From IMG/VR virus record IMGVR_UViG_3300035214_000144, positions 5,309 through 69,308 of that record: a DNA stretch of 64,000 nt. The stretch is one strand, 5' to 3'. Position 1 is the first letter of the stretch. Every line of letters starts with the position of its first letter. The translations under genes were made by a program, and so were the position numbers. Under the pieces are notes generated by a model. It made no database searches. It was not told the DNA's origin and worked only from the letters and a program-made list of their open reading frames with translations. Positions 41,251 through 50,671 of the stretch are shown here, piece by piece. Source of the stretch: a virus (Duplodnaviria; Caudoviricetes).

Positions 41251-41691
41251 ATGTTAAGAGAAATCGAAGATGATGAACTACAGTTATTAGATGATGACCC
41301 TGTTAGACCAGGTGTAAGCATTGATGAGAAAATAGATTTAGGTGAAGTATTAGTCCTTGAAAATGATGGTATGGTAGATGCTGTTATTTGTATAATGTTC
41401 ACTAATGATATTCCTACAACAGAAAATGAATTGCTAAAACTTTCCAAGCAATTAACAAAAGATAGAGAACAAGGTTCGATGGCTATATTTTATACTATAT
41501 GGAGTTACAAAAAAGGTTCTGGAAGAGTAATGGTTATTGAAACATTAAAATGGTTAAAAAGAAATATGCCTGAAATAAAAAGATATGTAACATTATCTCC
41601 TTTAACAGATATGGCTAGAAACTTTCATTTGCGTAATGGTGCAAAAGAAATACAAGTAAACAATACTACTCAGAACTTTGAATACAAATAA
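41251..41691 (+). CDS. GNAT-like fold protein
   Basis: AIFYTIWSYKKGSGR (acetyl-CoA loop-like), VTLSPLTDMARNFHLRNGA. Confidence 0.5.
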   Translation: MLREIEDDELQLLDDDPVRPGVSIDEKIDLGEVLVLENDGMVDAVICIMFTNDIPTTENELLKLSKQLTKDREQGSMAIFYTIWSYKKGSGRVMVIETLKWLKRNMPEIKRYVTLSPLTDMARNFHLRNGAKEIQVNNTTQNFEYK

Positions 41692-42614
41692 TGGCATTTA
41701 TTATTGAAAACCCGTACTATAAAGCAACACCAAGTCAAAATTTACCTGCCTTGTTTTGTAATAATCCTTTACCAAATCTTAATCAATTTATTGCAAGTAA
41801 AGAAAATAAATTGATTATTTTTGAGCCGTGGGAGGCTGATATACCTGGTCCAGAGATGTCTTCGGGTGAAACTGTAATTGATTGTATTACAAGACAACTT
41901 GATGAAAAAAGTATACATCCGTTTGATGTAACATTTATTACTCCTAGTTTAGATTGTAAAAGTGTTCCGTTTGCCGGCAAAGTACTACACTATCCTTATC
42001 ATTTTTTAGACATACAACAGAAGCAACAAAAACTATCTTGGATGCATTTAGCTAGGAGTAAACATATATGTTCGCTTAATGGCGCAATAAAATATAAAAG
42101 AATTAAGTTTATTAAATTTTGTGAGAAGCACAATTTAATTAAAAATAATTATATTAGCCTAGTTGGAAACTACGACCACGGTTATCGTACAGATGTGAAA
42201 TTTACAAATTATTATTTAGATAAGAGCCCTGAGCAACTTAATAAAGACGATAAAAGTATTCCACTAGATCTTTTCAAGAATAGTTACTTAAATGTTATTA
42301 ATGAAACACACGAAGACAAGCACGTTTTCTTTACTGAAAAAACCTGGAAACCTATTTTAAATTTTCAAATGTTTTTATATTATGGAGTTAGCGATCCTCA
42401 AAGATACTATGAAGAATTAGAAAGAATGGGCTTTCAATTATACAAGGAATTACTTGATTATGATAATGATCCACTAGATGAAATATTAAAATTTAGTAAT
42501 ATGCCATTACAAGAAATAAGCAAAAAAATATCACCATCAAAACTAATGAGCAATAGAAATTTAGCTGAATCAATAAATTGTGCAGAGATAAGACAAAAAA
42601 TATTATATGGTTAA
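41691..42614 (+). CDS. GT10-like protein (#2)
   Basis: ICSLNGAIKYKR; LNVINET...FFTEKTWKPI...GFQLY. Confidence 0.55.
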   Translation: MAFIIENPYYKATPSQNLPALFCNNPLPNLNQFIASKENKLIIFEPWEADIPGPEMSSGETVIDCITRQLDEKSIHPFDVTFITPSLDCKSVPFAGKVLHYPYHFLDIQQKQQKLSWMHLARSKHICSLNGAIKYKRIKFIKFCEKHNLIKNNYISLVGNYDHGYRTDVKFTNYYLDKSPEQLNKDDKSIPLDLFKNSYLNVINETHEDKHVFFTEKTWKPILNFQMFLYYGVSDPQRYYEELERMGFQLYKELLDYDNDPLDEILKFSNMPLQEISKKISPSKLMSNRNLAESINCAEIRQKILYG

Positions 42615-43557
42615 GATATTTAAACATCCAAAATACTTCTATAATTTAGAATCTGTAACACGGTTTATAGATGTAGACTATGTTGACAATATTAACAAAG
42701 CTGATTTTGTTGCTATTGCTAGTTCACATAATGAACCTGTATTTGAAGATACATTAGGGAGTACAATACCAATTTTATATTCTTATATTAGAGAACATCC
42801 ATATGAACACGATGAACATTTAAAAACACAATTTGCTAGTTTAAATCCTAGCCAAGATATAATAATCTTTTCATTAAGCTCATTTAATAAATTTGCGCCA
42901 GGGCGAAAAAATATAATTATAGACCAATTTGAATTAGATGCTTACTATAGATTATTTGTTAAAAAAGAATGCAAAGTAATACATAATAATATAGGAGGAA
43001 CGACTAGAATTTTATTCCTAGGTGGCAAAGCAAATAAAAATAATAGAAAACCACTTTACGATTTAATACAAAAAAGTAATTTAAAAAATAGAGTTCAAGC
43101 TTCTTTATTTGATATAACCGAAACATTAGATAACATTAAAATTGAAAACAATCATTATCTTGGATATCCATATGATCCTGTATTATATCAAATGACAAAT
43201 TTTAGTTTAATTGCAGAAACTCATTTCGATAACAATCAAGAATTTCACCCAACAGAAAAAACATATAGAGCAATTGCAAATATGCATCCATTCATTATTG
43301 CATCTACTCCTTTATTTCTAAATCATTTAAAACAAAAAGGATATAGAACTTTTAGTAATATAATAAATGAAAACTATGATATACAACAAAATCATAAGTT
43401 TAGATTAAACAATATAATATCTTCATTAAACGATGCTACTAAAACAGACTATTCGTGGTTTAAAAAAGACGTAGAATTCAATGTAAATGTGCTAAAAAAC
43501 AATGCTAAAAACACATTAAATATTATCAATAATAGCTTAAATAATAGCAAAGAATAG
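42607..43557 (+). CDS. GT10-like protein (#3)
   Basis: FSLIAET...PTEKTYRAI..MHPFII...GYRTF...NENYD. Confidence 0.55.
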   Translation: MVKIFKHPKYFYNLESVTRFIDVDYVDNINKADFVAIASSHNEPVFEDTLGSTIPILYSYIREHPYEHDEHLKTQFASLNPSQDIIIFSLSSFNKFAPGRKNIIIDQFELDAYYRLFVKKECKVIHNNIGGTTRILFLGGKANKNNRKPLYDLIQKSNLKNRVQASLFDITETLDNIKIENNHYLGYPYDPVLYQMTNFSLIAETHFDNNQEFHPTEKTYRAIANMHPFIIASTPLFLNHLKQKGYRTFSNIINENYDIQQNHKFRLNNIISSLNDATKTDYSWFKKDVEFNVNVLKNNAKNTLNIINNSLNNSKE

Positions 43558-43568
43558 AGAAAAATTTA

Positions 43569-44327
43569 ATGAAAGTAAGGTTAGTTACATCAGGATGTTC
43601 ATTTACCCACGCACCAGACAGTTGGGCAAACTGGCTTGAGCAAAGGTATGAATTGTTTAATGTTGCCGAAGGTGGTGGCGGTAATGAAATGAATATTAGA
43701 AATATAATGAAAGCTATTTCTAATTTTAAACCTGATATGGCTATAATGCAAATATCAGGTATAGATAGATTTGAAGTTGCTACAAAAGGAAAATTAGAAC
43801 ACAAAAGCGATCACGTTGTAGCAAAAGAAAATTATACTTGGTTAAAAAGTGCAGGTGACTTAAACTGGCTTGGTGACGCAGATTCTAAAATATCAAAGCC
43901 AATTAAATCATATATAAAATACAACTTTCATAATGTTACACAATCATTAAGAACACTATGTTCTATTGTTGCTTTACAAAACCATTGTAAACTGCATAAC
44001 GTTAGATTAAAACTCTTTTGTTGGCAAAGAACATTTACAGATGAATATTATGCTGGTGTTATTAAAGGAAGAGAAGAATTAGAATTTTGGTATAAGCAAA
44101 TTGATTGGAAGCAATTTTGGTTCCACGGGATAGATGGTGGTTTAGCCGAATGGGGAATATCAAATAACTTTACTGGAAATATATTAGAAGACCATATAAA
44201 CAAAAAACCAAAAGGCTGGACTGAAGTAGATGGGCATAGAATTATGGTGGGGCATCCATCAACAGAATGCCAAAAATCATTTGCTGAAAAGGTAGTCGAA
44301 CATTGGATTCAAGATAATGAAGATTAA
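43569..44327 (+). CDS. SGNH/GDSL-hydrolase-like protein (#3)
   Basis: TSGCSFT, GGGGNEM, QISGIDR, VGHPS. Confidence 0.7.
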   Translation: MKVRLVTSGCSFTHAPDSWANWLEQRYELFNVAEGGGGNEMNIRNIMKAISNFKPDMAIMQISGIDRFEVATKGKLEHKSDHVVAKENYTWLKSAGDLNWLGDADSKISKPIKSYIKYNFHNVTQSLRTLCSIVALQNHCKLHNVRLKLFCWQRTFTDEYYAGVIKGREELEFWYKQIDWKQFWFHGIDGGLAEWGISNNFTGNILEDHINKKPKGWTEVDGHRIMVGHPSTECQKSFAEKVVEHWIQDNED

Positions 44328-45648
44328 TTTACTATATCAGTCTTGGATTGATAATAAACCCTGGCCTAATTGTATCCCTTACTGGAAAAGAAATAAGGAA
44401 CATTTTAATAATTGGGGTAATGTAAAATATGAATACCTTGAAGAAATACTAGAATATTCTGAAATAGAATATACACGAAATACATTAGATGATATTACAA
44501 CAAGTAACGAAACATTTTGGTTTCATATACAACCAGAATGGATTGATTTAAGTTTCTTTTATGAAAATGTATTTCATTATATAGATGAAGATGTATTAAA
44601 TCAAATTAGATGTAATGATCAAATTAAAATTTTAATATGGTTTCCAACCGAGGGCTTTAATTTAGATATGCCAAAGTTTATGGAAAATATACTTTGGACA
44701 ATCGGTGATAAAGGAATACCAGATGATAAAGTATATCTTGTTTTTGGTGACTTGCGTATTGAAGAAAACTTTAAAACATATCTTAAAAAACATAAACTTG
44801 AATCAGCAATTAAAACATTTGGACTGAATATATTTGAATTAAACTATCGTCTAGAAACAGATCGTATGTATTTTTCACGAAATAGAATGAAAGAAATTAA
44901 AGTAGCTGATGAACTAGTCCATCCGGATTTAGTTGACGACAATATTATTAGAAGTAAAAAATATGTATGCAGAAATGCTAATCCTCGTAGACATAGGATT
45001 TGGATAATGAGTCAATTGTATAAAATGAACTATTTACGATACGGATATACAAGTTTTTTAAACAGATATTTTACACCTGACGTACAAAGTGTAGGGTTAC
45101 ACGACGCTAGAAGCTTTACTAAAATAAAAGATCCTAAAGATGCATTAGAAGATATGCAAAAATTTATAGCAGAAAGTACACCATTAGTATTAGATAACAC
45201 AGCAAATGATATAGGTGAACAACTAAATCAAAGAAGAATGAACGTTGAACATTATTCAAATAGTTATTTTTCTATTATAAATGAAACTGTTTGTGAATCA
45301 AGTCCCGGTGATCCTTTATTCATTACTGAAAAAGTTTATCAACCAATGTTACAATTACATCCATTTATAGTAATTGGCTCGCGAGGTACATTAAGTTATC
45401 TACAAGATTGTGGATATAAAACATTTGAACCTATGTTTGAAAACAAGTATGATTATATCAATAACGCGGCCGAAAGAATTGATAGTGCTTGGACACAAAT
45501 AAATTTAATGTGCGGTATTGATTTTGATAACTTACATCACTGTTACTTTGAAATTTACGATAAACTATTATATAATAGAGAACGGTTCTTAAACTTTAAT
45601 AGAAAAGAATATTTGGAAAAATTTACAAAATGGCTAACTCAAAATTAG
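44317..45648 (+). CDS. GT10-like protein (#4)
   Basis: YVCRNANPRRHR; FSIINET...FITEKVYQPM..LHPFIV...GYKTF...NKYD. Confidence 0.55.
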   Translation: MKINLLYQSWIDNKPWPNCIPYWKRNKEHFNNWGNVKYEYLEEILEYSEIEYTRNTLDDITTSNETFWFHIQPEWIDLSFFYENVFHYIDEDVLNQIRCNDQIKILIWFPTEGFNLDMPKFMENILWTIGDKGIPDDKVYLVFGDLRIEENFKTYLKKHKLESAIKTFGLNIFELNYRLETDRMYFSRNRMKEIKVADELVHPDLVDDNIIRSKKYVCRNANPRRHRIWIMSQLYKMNYLRYGYTSFLNRYFTPDVQSVGLHDARSFTKIKDPKDALEDMQKFIAESTPLVLDNTANDIGEQLNQRRMNVEHYSNSYFSIINETVCESSPGDPLFITEKVYQPMLQLHPFIVIGSRGTLSYLQDCGYKTFEPMFENKYDYINNAAERIDSAWTQINLMCGIDFDNLHHCYFEIYDKLLYNRERFLNFNRKEYLEKFTKWLTQN

Positions 45649-46106
45649 TAGACTTATTGTGGGGGTCTGATCATAGAGGATTAGAATTAAAAGAATATTT
45701 AAGCGAATATGTTTGTCCTACTAAAATAGATAAAGATGGCAAATTTAATATAGCTACAATGTATGACGTAGGAACTTACACAAATAAAAAATGTAACTAT
45801 CCTGATATAGTTAAAAAGTTTCATAATCACTTTGACATCTATACACACGGCATTTTAATTTGTGGGTCTGGGTTTGGAGTATGTATGGCGGCAAATAGAT
45901 TTAAACATATTAGAGCCGCAACTTGTAGAACAGTTAAAGAAGTCGAAATAGCTCGTAAACATAATAATATAAATGTATTATGTTTAGGAGCAAACTTTAC
46001 ATCTAAGAGTAGAGCAAAAGGTCTAGTTAAAACATTTTTTCAAACTGACTTTGAAAACGGAAGACACAAGAAACGAATAAATATATTAAAGACAATAAAC
46101 AAATGA
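45630..46106 (+). CDS. rpiB: Ribose-5-phosphate isomerase B
   Basis: GSDHRG, GILICGSGFGVCMAANR, IRAA, ARKHNNINVLCLG, GRHKKR. Confidence 0.9.
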   Translation: MANSKLVDLLWGSDHRGLELKEYLSEYVCPTKIDKDGKFNIATMYDVGTYTNKKCNYPDIVKKFHNHFDIYTHGILICGSGFGVCMAANRFKHIRAATCRTVKEVEIARKHNNINVLCLGANFTSKSRAKGLVKTFFQTDFENGRHKKRINILKTINK

Positions 46107-46663
46107 ATATCGAAGAAGTAGATAAAACAGAACTGCTAAAAGGGTTTGATTATGCTAATAAAATATATTCAAATAAAGAATATAATTATACCGTGGTTCC
46201 AAAATGTGCTTCATCGATTATAATTGATACTTTAAATATGACTGAAGGTGAAAATAATAATACTAAAGAACATTTTACTTTTTTAAGACACCCATATGGA
46301 AGACTTAAAAGTTATCTATACCAAGTAAAATGCTATACCTATGGAGAAACTATACACAAAATTGAACATATATTAAATAATTTTGATAATTGGGATGAAC
46401 ATTGTATACCATATAACTTTTATATAACCTATGATGATTTTAAATTTGTTGGAACATTAGAGAATTTTGATAATGGTTTTAGAAATATCTCTAATAAAAA
46501 GATTATTAAAGAATCTAGAAGAGAAGACAATAAAGATATTGAAGCAATACACGATGCCTTAATAGAAAGAAATGCCAAAGAAATTAATAGAATATATGCT
46601 GAAGATTTTATATTATACGAAAAAGCAAAAAAATGTATTACACCAAGGATGACAAATGAATAA
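46103..46663 (+). CDS. Sulfotransferase (Sulfotransfer_2-like)
   Basis: VPKCASS (5'-PSB) and FTFLRHPYGRLKSY (3'-PB). Confidence 0.75.
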   Translation: MNIEEVDKTELLKGFDYANKIYSNKEYNYTVVPKCASSIIIDTLNMTEGENNNTKEHFTFLRHPYGRLKSYLYQVKCYTYGETIHKIEHILNNFDNWDEHCIPYNFYITYDDFKFVGTLENFDNGFRNISNKKIIKESRREDNKDIEAIHDALIERNAKEINRIYAEDFILYEKAKKCITPRMTNE

Positions 46664-47663
46664 AGAACTTCACATAGTTGATTTAGATCATACTCACGAT
46701 ATTACTGGGCAACTTAATGTCTTAGCATTTTGGATTCGCAATAATCAAGATAAAAAGGATACACACCACATAGTAATTAAAAGAGTATGGGAAGGTGAAA
46801 TACATTTTCTAATTAAAGAAAATTTCTTACCATATGTTCGCGAAGCTCTAGCAAATTGGCCTGCTAACAATGTTAGTTTAGTAATGGCTGATGTTTATTT
46901 AGAAAGAAATGTTACACAATGGTTTGCAGGGACAGGAGATACAGATTTTCCAATAAAATGTATATCAGCACCATTTGAATTACTAAAAAGAACTATCGAA
47001 AACAAGAACAATAAAGCAATTGTACAGCCTAAATTATATGAAAGAAAAGCTAAAAGATTTATTTGTTTAAATGGTGCGGCAAAAATACATAGAGCAAAAC
47101 TAGTATCCGATTTATATAATAACGGAATGGATAGTTTTGGTTATATATCTTGGATTAATAGGTATGGCAATAATGTACCTAAGCAATTTTATACAAATGA
47201 GAAATTTAAAGGAGATGAACTTAAATTAGATTTTACTGGCGAAGAGCTTGATAAAGGTAATAACCAAGAAGTATTGCCTCCGATTTATGGTTATGCAGGA
47301 TTTGAAATTGTAAACGAAAGTATTGTAAGTGATACTAGTTTGTTTTTAACAGAAAAAACGTGGAAACCAATTTTGTATAATAAAATTTTTATTGTACACG
47401 GTTGCAAAGATACAATGAAATTTTTAATAGATAATGGATTTGAACCATATACAGAGCTATATAATCACGAAGCATTTGACAACTTACCATACAAAGAAAG
47501 ATATAATGCTATGTGGATTGAGCTACAAAAACTTATGCATTGTACCGCTGAAGACTGGACAGGTATATATCAAGATGTAAATATAAAGAAAAAACTAATA
47601 CACAACACTAATATATTTAGAAATAAGATTATAACTAATTGGAAAAATGAAATAGATGCTTGA
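46656..47663 (+). CDS. GT10-like protein (#5)
   Basis: FICLNGAAKIHR; FEIVNES...FLTEKTWKPI...FIVHG...GFEPY. Confidence 0.55.
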   Translation: MNKELHIVDLDHTHDITGQLNVLAFWIRNNQDKKDTHHIVIKRVWEGEIHFLIKENFLPYVREALANWPANNVSLVMADVYLERNVTQWFAGTGDTDFPIKCISAPFELLKRTIENKNNKAIVQPKLYERKAKRFICLNGAAKIHRAKLVSDLYNNGMDSFGYISWINRYGNNVPKQFYTNEKFKGDELKLDFTGEELDKGNNQEVLPPIYGYAGFEIVNESIVSDTSLFLTEKTWKPILYNKIFIVHGCKDTMKFLIDNGFEPYTELYNHEAFDNLPYKERYNAMWIELQKLMHCTAEDWTGIYQDVNIKKKLIHNTNIFRNKIITNWKNEIDA

Positions 47664-48903
47664 TAAGAAAAAATTATTAGATACAACAAACAAAACATTT
47701 TGTATGATACCGTGGACACATTTAAGCTCGTGGCCTGATGGTCGAATACTAACTTGTTGTATGACCGATAGTGACGATGCTATGGGTAATTTAAAAGATA
47801 TGACTTTTGAAGAAGCTTGGAATTGTGAACAACAAAGACAATTAAGAAAAAATATGCTCGAAGGCAAAGCAAGTAAACTCTGTAGTCGTTGTTATGAACA
47901 AGAACGACACGGCGTAAAAAATACAAGAAATTGGGCTAATAGAAAGTTAAATCATCACTGGGATGTTGTTGAATCAACTAAAGAAGATGGAACAGTAGAT
48001 AAAGTTAATTTACCTTATATAGATTTTAGATTTAGTAACTTATGTAATTTTAGATGTAGAACGTGTGGACCAGATTTATCAAGTGGGTGGTACGATGACC
48101 ATCATAAGATGTGGCAGGGTGCTACACAGAAAAAATTTATTAGACCATATAAAGATGAAAAATCATTTTGGAAAGTAGTGGAACCTTACATTGATGATTT
48201 AGAAGAAATATACTTTGCAGGTGGTGAACCACTAATGATGGACGAACATTATAGAATTTTAAAAAGATTAGTAGAAAAGAAAATGTTCCACGTAAGATTA
48301 CAATACAATACAAACTTTAGTAATATAATATACAAAGACATTAATGTATTAGATGAATGGGACAAGTTTGAAACTGTTGAGATTGGTGCTAGTCTAGATG
48401 GCAGTTTTAAGCGAGGTGAATATCTACGTAAAGGACAAGTATGGGATCAAGTTTTAGAAAATCGAAAACAAGTTAAAGAAAGATGTCCTAGAGCTTTCTT
48501 TTTTCTTGCAACTTGCGTTAATGTGTTTAATTGTTTTCACGTATCAGATTTTCATATAGACTGGATTAAAAAAGGCTTGGTGGGACATCATAGTTTATTA
48601 AATCCTTTACAATCTCCCGAACATTTAAGAATACAAATACTGCCAACAGAGATGAAAGATAAACTTGCAGAGAAATGGAGAAAGGCACAAGCCTGGATGG
48701 TTGAAAATACTAAAGCAGATCACAGACGATACGAATCTTTAATTAGTTATTTGTATGAAACAGACCGTACTAACTTACAAGATCGATGGTATGATATCAC
48801 AAATAGACTCGATAAAATAAGAAATGAGAACTGGCGTGATATTTTTCCTGAACTGCACGAACTTGAAGATAACATAAAATTACAAGCAAAACTCAAAAAA
48901 TAG
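47656..48903 (+). CDS. Radical SAM enzyme with N-terminal twitch/SPASM-like region (#3)
   Basis: TFCMIPW...DGRILTCC...LCSRCY; CNFRCRTC; GGEP. Confidence 0.9.
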   Translation: MLDKKKLLDTTNKTFCMIPWTHLSSWPDGRILTCCMTDSDDAMGNLKDMTFEEAWNCEQQRQLRKNMLEGKASKLCSRCYEQERHGVKNTRNWANRKLNHHWDVVESTKEDGTVDKVNLPYIDFRFSNLCNFRCRTCGPDLSSGWYDDHHKMWQGATQKKFIRPYKDEKSFWKVVEPYIDDLEEIYFAGGEPLMMDEHYRILKRLVEKKMFHVRLQYNTNFSNIIYKDINVLDEWDKFETVEIGASLDGSFKRGEYLRKGQVWDQVLENRKQVKERCPRAFFFLATCVNVFNCFHVSDFHIDWIKKGLVGHHSLLNPLQSPEHLRIQILPTEMKDKLAEKWRKAQAWMVENTKADHRRYESLISYLYETDRTNLQDRWYDITNRLDKIRNENWRDIFPELHELEDNIKLQAKLKK

Positions 48904-49016
48904 AAGCTTATATCTTCGTCTACAGCGTCTTTAAGTACCAACCTGGGGTCTTAGTACCCCCGAAAATTTTTATCTCTTGACATAAATTTACAAATCTTGT
49001 AACATATTATAATATT

Positions 49017-49520
49017 ATGAAAATATTAAAAGATATTAATCCGCTTGGCGTGGTGTATGTAGTATTGGTAGTTTGTTTATTATATATTATATCACAAAAT
49101 TCAATCGAGAAAAAAGAAATGATAAGTCAACTAACTAATGCAGAAAAAGAAATTAGTTCACTAGAATCATATTCAGATGAACTAGAATTATATTCAGATG
49201 AATTAAACAGCCAGTTAGGATTATACCTAAGTACAATAAGTGAAATGAAAACCAGCGAAACAAATTTGAGAAATCAAATTACTAGTTTGGAAAACCAAAT
49301 TACTTTTTTAGAAGCACAACTTACTAGTTTAGAAAAACAAATTACTAGCTTAGAAGAAATTCCGGTAACTCTTTTAACTATAATTGATGGGTTAGAAGAA
49401 AACATACAAACTTTGAAATTCACTATACAAGATTTAGAACTAGAACTAGAACAGCTTAATAAGAAATTAAATAAATTAACTGTTGAAGCTGAAAATAATA
49501 TAGATACTAATACACAATAA
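49017..49520 (+). CDS. N-terminally membrane-anchored coiled-coil protein
   Basis: TM helix LGVVYVVLVVCLLYII followed by a long heptad pattern. Confidence 0.7.
   Translation: MKILKDINPLGVVYVVLVVCLLYIISQNSIEKKEMISQLTNAEKEISSLESYSDELELYSDELNSQLGLYLSTISEMKTSETNLRNQITSLENQITFLEAQLTSLEKQITSLEEIPVTLLTIIDGLEENIQTLKFTIQDLELELEQLNKKLNKLTVEAENNIDTNTQ
49161..49358 (+). repeat. 21-bp (heptad) coding tandem repeats
   Basis: Two units at 49161-49202 (CTAGAAT[C/T]ATATTCAGATGAA) and four units at 49275-49358 encoding QITSLEN/QITFLEA/QLTSLEK/QITSLEE. Confidence 0.85.
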
Positions 49521-49527
49521 AAAATTA

Positions 49528-49764
49528 TCAAGATTTATTCATTAGTTCTTCGTATCGTTCGTGAGCTTCCTTGGGACCAAAATAAGCTTCTTGTAATTCA
49601 ACATTCCAATATAAAAGGTTATCTATTATAATACGTTTACCTGATACAGCACAAACAACATAATGACCCATCTTAACTATATCAAAATACATAGGTTTAT
49701 ATTTTAATTCAGCTAAAACCCACTCGAGTGGATTATCTGGAATATTTGAGATTTTGTTGTTCAT
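49528..49764 (-). CDS. DUF2093-family protein
   Basis: FDIVKMGHYVVCAVSGKRI..DNLLYWNVELQEAY matches the alphaproteobacterial DUF2093 pattern. Confidence 0.8.
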   Translation of the reverse strand: MNNKISNIPDNPLEWVLAELKYKPMYFDIVKMGHYVVCAVSGKRIIIDNLLYWNVELQEAYFGPKEAHERYEELMNKS

Positions 49765-49924
49765 ACCAATTTATATAATCCTCAATATTATTATCAAAGT
49801 ATTCTGTAAAGGTATAAGATTGTATTGAAGTACAATATTCTACAATGTATTGTGGTACAAAATAATTATTTGGAATATTTATGCACCAATATATTACTTC
49901 ATAAAATATTTCTAGTTCACTCAT
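49733..49924 (-). CDS. Hypothetical protein
   Basis: 63-aa ORF between SGNH #4 and DUF2093; acidic and aromatic. Confidence 0.45.
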   Translation of the reverse strand: MSELEIFYEVIYWCINIPNNYFVPQYIVEYCTSIQSYTFTEYFDNNIEDYINWYEQQNLKYSR

Positions 49925-49927
49925 ATA

Positions 49928-50671
49928 TTATATAAGATAGGGCACTAATACTTCGGCTAATTTTTTATTTCCTTTTATATTAAAATGAAAACCCGAATCA
50001 ACAGCATATTGTTTAAAGTCAATTTCTTTTTGCACTACTACTCTATTGGATAAATCCGTTGCTGATCTTGAAAATTCATCATCTAACCAAAACAAATTTA
50101 TAATTTTTTTATTTTTATCTTTTACATAGTAATTACAAAATTCAACTGCCTCAGTATACTTTTCAAAGTTAAGTGGGTGATGTCTTTCTTGATTGTACCA
50201 ATAAGAAACACGATCAATAATTTGCTGTTTGGATAATGTACTTTTACGTTTTATTTCGTGAAATATATGTTGTACTAATTCTGATTGTTCATCAGCAATT
50301 ATTTGTTCTGCCATACCAACAGTTAGATGATAATAACTTTGTGTGTTATCCCATAGCTGTAAGTAATTCTCATATACATCGTGGTCTCTTGTTATTCTTT
50401 GATACTTCCATTGGTCGGATGTAAACTGTAATAGCCCTCTGTCAGGTGTCGTGTGCTGAATTACAAATATATCGCTGTCATATGTTTCATTAATATATTT
50501 TAATGTACTCGGATACGTAACCCAACTAGATCCGGCCCTACCAGCATTAACAACTTGATTTTTAATCTTGCATTCATTTAATTGTTCGTATACTATATAC
50601 GGATAAGTATGTGTATATGGAATATCATAACCTTGTGTCCAACTACAACCTATAAAAGAGACTTTTAACAT
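49928..50671 (-). CDS. SGNH/GDSL-hydrolase-like protein (#4)
   Basis: FIGCSWT, NAGRAGSS, DSGFHFNIKGN. Confidence 0.7.
   Translation of the reverse strand: MLKVSFIGCSWTQGYDIPYTHTYPYIVYEQLNECKIKNQVVNAGRAGSSWVTYPSTLKYINETYDSDIFVIQHTTPDRGLLQFTSDQWKYQRITRDHDVYENYLQLWDNTQSYYHLTVGMAEQIIADEQSELVQHIFHEIKRKSTLSKQQIIDRVSYWYNQERHHPLNFEKYTEAVEFCNYYVKDKNKKIINLFWLDDEFSRSATDLSNRVVVQKEIDFKQYAVDSGFHFNIKGNKKLAEVLVPYLI

Noticed and set aside
48945-48960. GGGGT/ACCCC hairpin after rSAM #3 as a terminator
   Set aside because: Only a 5-bp stem, and the T-run is offset by CGAAAA; too weak to call.
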